Below the pieces are notes generated by a model. That model saw nothing but the letters and a program-made list of their open reading frames with translations. It was not told the DNA's origin and did no database searches. A program made the translations under genes and the position numbers. From contig JBBDHX010000035.1 of NCBI GenBank assembly GCA_040880745.1, forward strand, positions 14,068 through 78,067: a DNA stretch of 64,000 nucleotides, written 5' to 3'. Below, in pieces: positions 8,936 to 17,051 of this stretch (positions within the stretch are counted from its first letter, which is position 1; each line of letters opens with the position of its first letter). This DNA is from Actinomycetota bacterium (GTDB taxonomy: Bacteria; Actinomycetota; UBA4738; HRBIN12).

Positions 8936-10855
8936 ATGGCGGCAACGTTGACCCGGCTCACCGAGCCCATGGTTCGCGACGACGGCGTACTGCGCACGGC
9001 CACCTGGGACGAGGCTCTCGATCGTGCTGCCCAAGGCCTGCGCCGCGCCATGGATCGCAACCCCGGCTGGGGAGCGGGCATCTTCAGTTGCTCGAAGGCG
9101 ACCAACGAGATGAACTTCGCCGCAGGCAAGTTCGCCCGCCAGGTCCTTCGAACCAACAACATCGATAGCTGCAACCGCACCTGACACGCACCTTCGGTCG
9201 TCGGTCTGGCGACCGTGTTCGGTGCCGGTGGGGGTACCAGCTCGTACGAGGAGGTCGAGCAGACCGACCTCATCGTGCTGTGGGGATCGAATGCGCGCAA
9301 CGCGCATCCGATCTTCTTCCACCATGTCCTGAAGGCGATGGAACGCGGCGCCAAGGTCATGGTCGTCGACCCCCGGCGGAGCGAGACCGCCGAGTTCGCC
9401 GACCTCTGGCTCGGGATCGACGTGGGCTCCGACATCGCCCTCTCGAACACGATGGCGCGCGAGATCATCCACGCGGAGCTCGGTCACGCTGGGTTCATCG
9501 CCGGCGGCACAACCGGCTACGACGAGTACGCCGCGAGCGTCGAGGACTGGAGCCTCGAGCGCGGCGAGCAAGTGACCGCTGTCCCCGCCGACGCGATCCG
9601 CGAACTCGCCCACGCCTACGCGACGGCCGAGAACGCGATGATCTGCTGGACGCTCGGCATCACCGAGCACCACAACGCCGTCGACAACGTGCTCGCGCTC
9701 ATCAACCTTGGCCTGCTGACGGGCCACGTCGGCCGCTACGGCAGCGGGCTCAACCCGCTCCGGGGTCAGAACAACGTCCAGGGCGGCGGCGACATGGGCG
9801 CCATCCCGAACAAGCTCGCCGGGTTCCAGGACATCGAGACGGACCCCGAGGCGCGCGCGAAGTTCGAGGCCGCATGGGGTGTCGAGATCATCCCGAAGTA
9901 CGGGTGGCACTTGACGCACATGTTCGAGGCGATGGAGCGCGGCGAGCTCACCGCCTGCTACGTGATCGGCGAGAACCCCGCCACCTCCGAGGCCGACATG
10001 GATCACGCCGTGCACCTGCTCGAGGGCCTCGACACCCTGATCGTGCAGGATCTCGTGATGACGAAGACCGCTGAGATGGCCGACGTGGTGTTCCCGGCTT
10101 CGCACGCCTCGTTCGAGTCCGAGGGGACCGTGACCAACTCCGAGCGCCGGGTGCAGCGGGTTCGCAAGGCGTTGGAGCCACCTGGCGAGGCGCGCGACGA
10201 CATCTGGATCATCGCGCAGCTCGCGGAGCGCCTCGGGGTCGGGTGGGGCGACCCGACGCCGGAGGAACTCTGGGACGAGATGCGCTCGCTCTCCCCGATG
10301 CATCGACTGATGTCGTGGGACCTGATCGAGGAGCTCGGCGGGGTCCAGTGGCCCTGCGACGAGGAGTATCCGCAGGGTGCGAAGTTCCTCCACGAGCGAC
10401 TCTGGCGCTTCGACGATCCCGAGGGGCAGGGCCGCAAGGCGCCGTTCTCCGTGGTGATCGACGCCCCGCCGAAGGACGAGCTGTCCGAGGAGTACCCGAT
10501 GCGCCTGACCACCGGCCGCCGCCTCGAGTCCTACAACACCGGCGTGCAATCGGGGTCGTTCTCCTCGCCGCTGCACCGTGGTGAGACGCTGGACCTCTCA
10601 CCCGAGGACGCGTCGGCGCTCGGCGTGGAGGTCGGCGAGGTCGTCCGGATCGTGTCTCGCCGTGGGGAGATCGAAGCGCCCGTGCACGTCACCACGGCGC
10701 TCCGACCCGGGCTCGCGTTCATGACGTTCCATTTCCCGGACGAGGTCGAGACGAACAAGATCACGAACGAGGCCTACGACCCGAAGTCGGGCACCTCGGA
10801 GTTCAAGGCCACCGCGATCCGCGTGGAGAAGCTCGCCGTGGCGGCGGGAAGGTAG
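8936..10855 (+). CDS. Formate dehydrogenase catalytic (bis-MGD) subunit, with in-frame TGA 9182-9184 read as selenocysteine; lacks the usual N-terminal Fe-S domains
   Basis: Track ORFs 8816..9184 and 9215..10855 share one frame. The joined sequence '...NNIDSCNRT-[TGA]-HAPSVVGL...' matches the FdhF/FdhA active-site block at the Sec/Cys position. ATG 8936 follows AAGGAG. '[18 protein letters not shown]' and the C-terminal '[13 protein letters not shown]' are typical of the family. Confidence 0.85.
9188..9225 (+). other. Putative bacterial SECIS hairpin directing Sec insertion at UGA 9182-9184
   Basis: The lower stem pairs 9188-9192 GCACC with 9221-9225 GGUGC. The upper stem pairs 9195-9202 CGGUCGUC with 9208-9215 GGCGACCG. 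The apical loop is GGUCU at 9203-9207. Counting the U of UGA as 1, loop G/U fall at positions 23/24. Confidence 0.75.
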
Positions 10856-10865
10856 CCTGCGCGGC

Positions 10866-12701
10866 GTGGACCTGAAGCTGATGGCGGCGGACCCCTCCGC
10901 CGAGGAGCGAGCTGCCGTCGACGAGGTGCTCGGCGCGCCCGAGACCGGCTGGGACGGAGGCGAACGCAGCGCCCGCGACCTGCGCGTCTCCCGCGCTCCC
11001 GAGGACCAGCGCACGCTGCTGCTGCCGGTGCTGCATGCGCTCCAAGCTCGGGTCGGCTGGATCAGCGAGGGCGGTCTCAACTACGCCTGCGAGCGGCTGC
11101 AGGTGCCGCCAGCCGAGGCCTACGGCGTCGCGACCTTCTACGCGATGTTCAGCGTCACGGAGCGATCCAAGACGGTGGTGCACGTCTGCGACGACCTCGC
11201 CTGCCGTATCCAGGGCGGTGCCGACCTTGTGGCCGAAGCTGAAGCGGCGGATCTGCCCGGTGTGCAGATCGTCGCGAGCCCATGCCTTGGGATGTGTGAG
11301 CAGGCTCCGGCCATCTTCGCCCAGCGCTCGGGACGCCCGGAGGTCGCCCTGGGAGGGGCGACGATGCCGACGATCCGAGCCGCCGTGCCCGAGGACTCAA
11401 CCGTGGTATGTGCCGGCGGCGTCATGGCCCCTCAGGCGTGGGACGAGGGCAGCCGCCCCGGGCTCCGTCTCCTCGCTCGTTTCGGTCAGGCCGATCCTCT
11501 CACTCTCGAGAGCTATCGGGACCACGGCGGCTACCGGGCACTCGCGAGATCCCTCGAACTGGGTGCCGATGCCACCATCCAGGAGGTGACCGACGCGAAG
11601 CTCCTCGGCCGCGGCGGCGCCGCGTTCCCCACGGGGGTGAAGTGGCGGGCCGTCGCCGATCAGCCCGTGACGCCCAAGTACGTCATCTGTAACGCCGACG
11701 AGTCAGAGCCCGGCACGTTCAAGGACCGCCTGATCATGGAACTGGATCCGTTCAGCGTCGTCGAGGCGCTCACCATCGCTGGGTTCGCCGCCGGGGCCGA
11801 GACCGGCTTGGTGTACGTCCGCGGGGAGTATCCACTTGCCACGGAACGCCTCGCCGAGGCGCTGGCACAGGCGCGCGAGGCAGGGCTTCTGGGGACCGAC
11901 GTGCTGGGCGCCGGGTTCTCCTTCGACATCGAACTGCGGCGCGGCGCCGGCGCCTACATCTGCGGCGAGGAGACGGCGCTCTTCAACTCGATCGAGGGCA
12001 AGCGGGGCGAGCCGCGCAACAAGCCACCCTTCCCGGTCACGCACGGTCTCTTCGGGAAGCCGACCGCGATCAACAACGTCGAGACCCTCATCAACGTGCT
12101 CCAGGTCCTCACGATGGGACCGGAGGCGTACGCGGCGCTCGGCACCGAAGGCTCGACCGGCACGCGCCTGTTCTGCCTCTCGGGCCACGTCGAGCGGCCC
12201 GGCGTCTACGAGCATGAGCACGGCATCACGCTCGGCGAGGCGATCGAGGCCGCGGGCGGCGTGCGGGACGGCGAACCACTCAAGGCGGTGCTGCTCGGCG
12301 GGGCCGCCGGCGGGTTCGTCGGGCCCGACCGTCTCGACATCCGCCTCACGTTCGAGGACGCTCGGGCTGGCGGCTACACCCTCGGCTCCGGCGTGGTCAT
12401 GGTCTTCGACGAGGACACCGACCTCGTGGACATCTGTCTTCGCATCGCGCGCTTCTTCCGCGATGAGTCGTGCGGACAGTGCGTGCCGTGCCGCGTCGGC
12501 ACCGTGCGGCAGGAGGAGGCCTTGCATCGGCTCGTGGCCGGGCGGACGTTCGGTTCGAAAGCCGACGAACTCGCGTTGCTCGGTGATGTCGCGGCCGTGA
12601 TGCGCGACGCCTCGATCTGCGGCCTCGGACAGACGGCCGCGAGCGCCGTGCAGTCTGCGATCGCAACGTTCGGCCTGTTCGAGGACGGGGCGGCGTCGTG
12701 A
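10866..12701 (+). CDS. NuoE-like (2Fe-2S) / NuoF-like (FMN, NAD, 4Fe-4S) fusion protein; diaphorase module of NAD-dependent formate dehydrogenase
   Basis: The N-terminal 'ATFYAMF...VCDDLAC...SPCLGMCEQAP' is NuoE-like. 'GRGGAAFPTGVKW', 'CNADESEPGTFKDR' and 'ESCGQCVPCRVGT' are NuoF-like. The start is GTG 10866 or ATG 10881. Confidence 0.9.
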   Translation: MDLKLMAADPSAEERAAVDEVLGAPETGWDGGERSARDLRVSRAPEDQRTLLLPVLHALQARVGWISEGGLNYACERLQVPPAEAYGVATFYAMFSVTERSKTVVHVCDDLACRIQGGADLVAEAEAADLPGVQIVASPCLGMCEQAPAIFAQRSGRPEVALGGATMPTIRAAVPEDSTVVCAGGVMAPQAWDEGSRPGLRLLARFGQADPLTLESYRDHGGYRALARSLELGADATIQEVTDAKLLGRGGAAFPTGVKWRAVADQPVTPKYVICNADESEPGTFKDRLIMELDPFSVVEALTIAGFAAGAETGLVYVRGEYPLATERLAEALAQAREAGLLGTDVLGAGFSFDIELRRGAGAYICGEETALFNSIEGKRGEPRNKPPFPVTHGLFGKPTAINNVETLINVLQVLTMGPEAYAALGTEGSTGTRLFCLSGHVERPGVYEHEHGITLGEAIEAAGGVRDGEPLKAVLLGGAAGGFVGPDRLDIRLTFEDARAGGYTLGSGVVMVFDEDTDLVDICLRIARFFRDESCGQCVPCRVGTVRQEEALHRLVAGRTFGSKADELALLGDVAAVMRDASICGLGQTAASAVQSAIATFGLFEDGAAS

Positions 12702-13645
12702 GCGCGATCCCGGTCGACATGCCGAGGCGTCTCCTCGACATCGAGATCGACGGAGAGACCCTTCGCATCCCCGAGGGCGCCACGATCCTCGACGCGTGCC
12801 GGGCCCAAGGCGTCGACACTCCCACGATGTGTTACGCGGATAACCTCACGCCGATCAACGCCTGCCGGGTCTGCGTCGTGGAGGTCGAGGGCGCCCGCGT
12901 GCTCGCGCCCGCGTGCTCGCGCAAGGCTGAGGACGGGATGAAGGTCAGGACCGGCACGGAGCGCGTGAGGACCTCCCGCAAGCTCGTGATGGAGTTCCTC
13001 GGTTCGAGCGTGGACACCTCGCTGGCGGGCGCCGACTGGCACCGCTGGATCGGCGAGTACGAAGCGGACCCCGATCGGTTCGGCGCACGGATGGAGCCGA
13101 TGGAGGCGGGGGAGCGCGACGCGCGCGCGCCCGGCCACCACCACGATCCCGACCCCGCCACGGCCGAGACCGTCGCGCAGCCGGTCAAGGTGGACAACGA
13201 CCTCTACGTCCGCGACTACGAGCGCTGCGTGCTCTGCTACAAGTGCGTGGAGGCGTGCGGGACCGACGCCCAACACACCTTCGCGATCGCGGTGGCGGGC
13301 CGGGGCTTCGACGCGCGCATCTCCACCGAGTACGCGGTGCCCCTGGACTCGAGCGCGTGCGTCTACTGCGGCAACTGCATCGGTGTGTGCCCCACCGGCG
13401 CGCTGATGTTCACGAGCGAGCACGACATGCGGGCCGCCGGCACGTGGGACGATGCGGCGCAGACCGTCACGAACACGATCTGTCCCTACTGCGGTGTCGG
13501 ATGCGAGCTTGAACTTCACGTCCAGGACAACACGATCGTCAAGGTCACCTCGCCCGCCGATCACTCGATCACGAACGGGCACCTGTGTATCAAGGGCCGG
13601 TTCGGCTACCAGTTCGTCCAGCGCCGCAAGGGAGCGCCGCGCTGA
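12698..13645 (+). CDS. Fe-S module equivalent to the N-terminus of FdhA/NuoG (2Fe-2S, two 4Fe-4S ferredoxin motifs, 4Fe-4S Mo/W bis-MGD-type domain)
   Basis: Motifs present are 'CRVCVVEV', 'CVLCYKCVEAC', 'CVYCGNCIGVCPTGAL' and 'CPYCGVGCELEL...LCIKGRFGYQF'. The protein ends exactly where the MGD domain would normally begin. It overlaps the upstream gene through GTGA. Confidence 0.85.
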   Translation: MSAIPVDMPRRLLDIEIDGETLRIPEGATILDACRAQGVDTPTMCYADNLTPINACRVCVVEVEGARVLAPACSRKAEDGMKVRTGTERVRTSRKLVMEFLGSSVDTSLAGADWHRWIGEYEADPDRFGARMEPMEAGERDARAPGHHHDPDPATAETVAQPVKVDNDLYVRDYERCVLCYKCVEACGTDAQHTFAIAVAGRGFDARISTEYAVPLDSSACVYCGNCIGVCPTGALMFTSEHDMRAAGTWDDAAQTVTNTICPYCGVGCELELHVQDNTIVKVTSPADHSITNGHLCIKGRFGYQFVQRRKGAPR

Positions 13646-14241
13646 TCGACGTCACGGGCGTCGTGCTGGCCGGCGGCCGGTCCTCGCGGTTCGGCTCTGA
13701 CAAGCTCAAGGTCGAGATCGACGGGGTCGGGCTCCTTCGTCGGGCGATCGACGCGGTGGCGCTCGTGGCCGACGACGTGGTCGTGGTCCTGGCCCCCGCA
13801 GGCGAGCGCGATCTCCCGCCGGGTGTCCGTTCCGTGCGGGACACCGAAGCGTTCGAGGGCCCGCTGGCCGCGACCGCCCGAGGTCTCGGGGTCATCACCA
13901 CGCCGTGGGCGATGGTCGTCGCCGGAGACATGCCGAACCTGCACCCCGCGGTGCTCCGTGAGATCGTCAGGGTCGCCCACGCCGCGCCGGTCGACGCGGT
14001 CGCCCTCGCCGACGGCGAGCGGTTCCGGCCCATCCCCAGCGCCCTGCGCATCGCGCCCGCTCGAGTCAACGCGAAGGCACTGCTCGCACAGGGCGAACGC
14101 CGTCTCCGCGCGCTCCTCGACTCGTTGCGGATGGCGATCATCGACGAACCAACGTGGACGGCGCTCGATCCGGAGCGTGGCACGCTCCGGGACATCGACG
14201 TCGTGGGGGACCTCGATGCCCCGGGACCTTCGCGATCGTGA
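13585..14241 (+). CDS. mobA: Molybdenum cofactor guanylyltransferase MobA
   Basis: 'GVVLAGGRSSRFGSDKL' and 'VVAGDMPNL' are MobA motifs. The start is uncertain: GTG 13585 overlaps the upstream gene by 61 nt, and the downstream alternatives are non-canonical or too short. Confidence 0.75.
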   Translation: MYQGPVRLPVRPAPQGSAALIDVTGVVLAGGRSSRFGSDKLKVEIDGVGLLRRAIDAVALVADDVVVVLAPAGERDLPPGVRSVRDTEAFEGPLAATARGLGVITTPWAMVVAGDMPNLHPAVLREIVRVAHAAPVDAVALADGERFRPIPSALRIAPARVNAKALLAQGERRLRALLDSLRMAIIDEPTWTALDPERGTLRDIDVVGDLDAPGPSRS

Positions 14242-14327
14242 GATAGAGTGCCCGAAGAAGAGCGGACCTGCGGCGCGGGCCCGGGCCTTCCGCGAATCAA
14301 ACCACTTCCGGCGGAAAGGATCCGACC

Positions 14328-15638
14328 ATGCCACGCCGAGTCCTGATCATGGGAGCCGCGGGCCGCGACTTCCACAACTTCAACACCGTGTTCCGCGATG
14401 ACCCCAGCACCGAGGTCGTGGCGTTCACCGCGACGCAGATCCCCTACATAGATGACCGGCGCTATCCGCCGTCGCTCGCGGGCACGAACTACCCCGACGG
14501 GATCCACATCCACGACGAGTCCGAGTTGGTCCGCCTGATCCACGACCTGAAGGTCGACGACGTCGTGTTCGCCTACTCCGATGTCGGCCATGACTACGTG
14601 ATGCACAAGGCCTCCACGGTGATGGCGGCCGGGGCGAACTTCGTGCTCCTGGGGCCCGATGCGACGATGCTGCGGGCAACCGTCCCCACCGTCGCAGTCA
14701 CGGCTGTCCGCACGGGTGTGGGGAAGTCGCAGACGACGCGCGCGGTAGCGGGCGCCCTCAAGGAGGCCGGCAAGCGGGTCACGGCCGTCCGCCACCCCAT
14801 GCCCTACGGCGATCTGGCCGCCCAGGCCGTCCAACGTTTCGCCGAGCTGGCCGACCTCGACCGGCATCACTGCACCATCGAGGAGCGTGAGGAGTACGAG
14901 CCGCACATCACGAGCGGCACCGTCATCTACGCCGGCGTCGACTACGGCGCGATCTTGGAGCAGGCGCAGGCCGAGTGCGACGTCTTGCTGTGGGACGGTG
15001 GGAACAACGACCTGCCCTTCTACCGGCCCGACGTCTGGATCACCCTCGTCGACCCGCTCCGCGCCGGTCACGAGCTGACCTATCACCCGGGGGAGACCAA
15101 CCTCCGCGCCGCCGGTGTCGTGCTCATCAACAAGGTGGACTCCGCGACCCCCGAGCAGATGGACCAGCTCCGGCGCACGATCGCCGAGGTCAACCCCGAG
15201 GCCACGCTCGTCGAGGCGGATTCGAAGATCAGCTGCGACGACCCCGCTGCCATCGCCGGCAAGCGGGTGCTGGTGGTCGAGGACGGTCCCACGCTCACGC
15301 ACGGCGATATGAAGATCGGCGCTGGCGTGGTGGCCGCGCAGCGGCTCGGCGCCGCCGAGATCGTCGACCCCCGCCCGTGGGCGGTCGGCACGATCGCCGA
15401 GACCTTCGAGAAGTACGACGTCGGGGCCGTGCTCCCCGCGATGGGCTACAGCCAGGGCCAGCTGGACGAGATGGCGAAGATCATCGATGCGGTCGATGCG
15501 GACGTCGTGATCGTCGGCACGCCGATCGACCTGCGACAGGTGATCGACATCGCGAAACCGGCCGTTCGGGTCCGCTACGACCTCGAGATCTTGCCGGGCT
15601 CGCCCAGCCTCGCCGACATCCTGGCGCCGGTCCTGTAA
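14328..15638 (+). CDS. COG2403-type P-loop protein (usually annotated predicted GTPase or cyclic 2,3-diphosphoglycerate synthetase-like)
   Basis: 436-aa ORF. The N-terminal 'VLIMGAAGRDFHNFN', the Walker A-like 'VRTGVGKSQTT' and 'LINKVD' fit. The family assignment is from memory and was not searched. Confidence 0.6.
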   Translation: MPRRVLIMGAAGRDFHNFNTVFRDDPSTEVVAFTATQIPYIDDRRYPPSLAGTNYPDGIHIHDESELVRLIHDLKVDDVVFAYSDVGHDYVMHKASTVMAAGANFVLLGPDATMLRATVPTVAVTAVRTGVGKSQTTRAVAGALKEAGKRVTAVRHPMPYGDLAAQAVQRFAELADLDRHHCTIEEREEYEPHITSGTVIYAGVDYGAILEQAQAECDVLLWDGGNNDLPFYRPDVWITLVDPLRAGHELTYHPGETNLRAAGVVLINKVDSATPEQMDQLRRTIAEVNPEATLVEADSKISCDDPAAIAGKRVLVVEDGPTLTHGDMKIGAGVVAAQRLGAAEIVDPRPWAVGTIAETFEKYDVGAVLPAMGYSQGQLDEMAKIIDAVDADVVIVGTPIDLRQVIDIAKPAVRVRYDLEILPGSPSLADILAPVL

Positions 15639-15650
15639 GGAGCCGGCCCG

Positions 15651-16589
15651 ATGGACCGGGTCGTCGTCGCGCTCGGGGGCAACGCATTGCTGCGCCGCGG
15701 TGCCGAGGACACCTACGAGGAGGTGCACGCGGCCTCCCGGCGCGCCGCCGAGATCGTCGCGGACATCGCCGCGGACGGGTGGGAGGTCGTGCTCACACAC
15801 GGCAACGGTCCGCAGGTCGGCAGGATCTTGATGCAACAGGAAGCGGCGGCCAAGCAGGTCCACCCGATGCCGCTGGACGTCTGTGGGGCGCAGAGCCAGG
15901 GCCAGATCGGCTACCTGTTGCAGGTCACGATCGGCGACGTTTTCTTCGAACGGGGGATGGAGCGCCCGGTCGTCACGATCTTGACCCTCACGAGGGTCCG
16001 CCCGCAAGATCCGGCGTTCGGTAAGCCCTCGAAATTCATCGGCCCCTTCTTCACCGAGGCGCAGGCGCACCGGCGGGAGGAGCAGCGCGGCTGGGTGATG
16101 AAGCCCGACCCGCATGGAGGATGGCGCCGCGTCGTCCCCAGCCCCAAGCCGTACTCGATCGTGGAGACGCCTGTGATCCGTGGGCTCGTCGGAGATGGCG
16201 TGATCGTGATCGCTGCCGGCGGCGGCGGGGTCCCGGTGATCGAGAAGGGCCCTCGGTTGATCGGTAAAGAAGGGGTCGTCGACAAGGACCTCGCGGCCGC
16301 GATCTTGGCGCACGAGGTGCAGGCTCCGGTCCTGCTGATCCTCACGGACGTGTCCAAGGTGCAACGGGGTTACGGTTCGCTCCTCCCGGAGGACATCGAC
16401 CGCATGACCACCGCGCAGGCGCGGGCCATGCTCAAGCAGGGCGAGTTCGGGGCGGGGTCCATGGGACCCAAGATCGAGGCGGCGGCCCGGTTCGTCGAAG
16501 AAGGGGGTGAGCGTGCCGTGATCGCGGAACTGACGGAGGCGGTCGCCGCGCTCCACGGCGAGGCCGGGACAGAGGTCGTGCCCGGCTAG
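15651..16589 (+). CDS. arcC: Carbamate kinase
   Basis: 'VVALGGNALL', 'VLTHGNGPQVG', 'GGGGVPV' and 'VDKDLAAA' are carbamate kinase motifs. Confidence 0.9.
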   Translation: MDRVVVALGGNALLRRGAEDTYEEVHAASRRAAEIVADIAADGWEVVLTHGNGPQVGRILMQQEAAAKQVHPMPLDVCGAQSQGQIGYLLQVTIGDVFFERGMERPVVTILTLTRVRPQDPAFGKPSKFIGPFFTEAQAHRREEQRGWVMKPDPHGGWRRVVPSPKPYSIVETPVIRGLVGDGVIVIAAGGGGVPVIEKGPRLIGKEGVVDKDLAAAILAHEVQAPVLLILTDVSKVQRGYGSLLPEDIDRMTTAQARAMLKQGEFGAGSMGPKIEAAARFVEEGGERAVIAELTEAVAALHGEAGTEVVPG

Positions 16590-16735
16590 GGCGCCCGCTT
16601 CGGGTTGCGGAACTGCTGGACGATCACGAACAGGGCGAACACCCCGACGGCCCCGGTGGCGAGCGTCAACGCGATGAAGAAGATGACGGGCAAGATGCCG
16701 TCGAACCGTGGCAAAAACTCCGCGAGCATCCCCAT
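16586..16735 (-). CDS. Possible 49-aa single-pass membrane protein (not in the ORF track)
   Basis: My own translation is MGMLAEFLPRFDGILPVIFFIALTLATGAVGVFALFVIVQQFRNPKRAP*. It has a strong G/C third-position bias, a clear TM helix and a basic tail. Its stop overlaps the arcC stop at the palindrome CTAG. Confidence 0.4.
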   Translation of the reverse strand: MGMLAEFLPRFDGILPVIFFIALTLATGAVGVFALFVIVQQFRNPKRAP

Positions 16736-17051
16736 GGGACGGCCATCCTACCGCCGGCCCGGGCCGCCGGTGGTTCGGACTCAAGGTGGAAGGCCGCCGC
16801 TCCGAAGCAACGGATATGCGCAAGCGGCAGCGTGCCCGCCGGCCACGGGCCGGGCAAGACGAGATGTGGTTCACCGTGCCATCACCTGACGCTGCCTCGC
16901 AGGACGCAGCTGAGGCCCGCCCCTCGCGGCCCGAAGAGCCGACCTACGAGGATCCCTGGTACCAGGTCCTGCGGCGTCGGATCACCGAGCGCGCCTCTTC
17001 GGACTGAGTTCTCGGCCCTCTCGGGTGTGCGCGCTGTGTAGGGTGCCGCCC

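Noticed and set aside
9182-9184. Reading TGA 9182-9184 as a genuine stop, giving a truncated or pseudogenised FDH or two separate genes
   Set aside because: The downstream ORF continues in the same frame with perfect family colinearity. The TGA falls on the known Sec/Cys active-site column, and a SECIS-like hairpin with the expected spacing follows. Recoding is the better explanation, although it remains unproven without the sel genes.
8849-10576. A 575-aa minus-strand ORF opposite the FDH catalytic gene. Similar long antisense ORFs lie at 29822..31864 (dnaE2), 50794..52485 (murC), 54908..56593 (ftsZ-yggS), 58952..61285 (ileS) and 20944..22878 (pknB).
   Set aside because: Each one lies opposite a gene with strong family signatures, and none has motifs of its own. 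They are high-GC shadow ORFs.
13590-16874. A 1094-aa minus-strand ORF spanning mobA, the COG2403 gene and arcC
   Set aside because: It lies antisense to three plus-strand genes that have clear family motifs. Its translation is Arg/Pro/Gly/Asp-rich low-complexity sequence with no recognisable domain, which is the typical shadow ORF of a very GC-rich genome.
16816-17007. A 63-aa plus-strand ORF (MRKRQRARRPRAGQDEMWFTV...) between arcC and pfkA
   Set aside because: It has no recognisable family, a mixed third-position composition and no convincing RBS. I mention it under a finding but do not call it as a feature.
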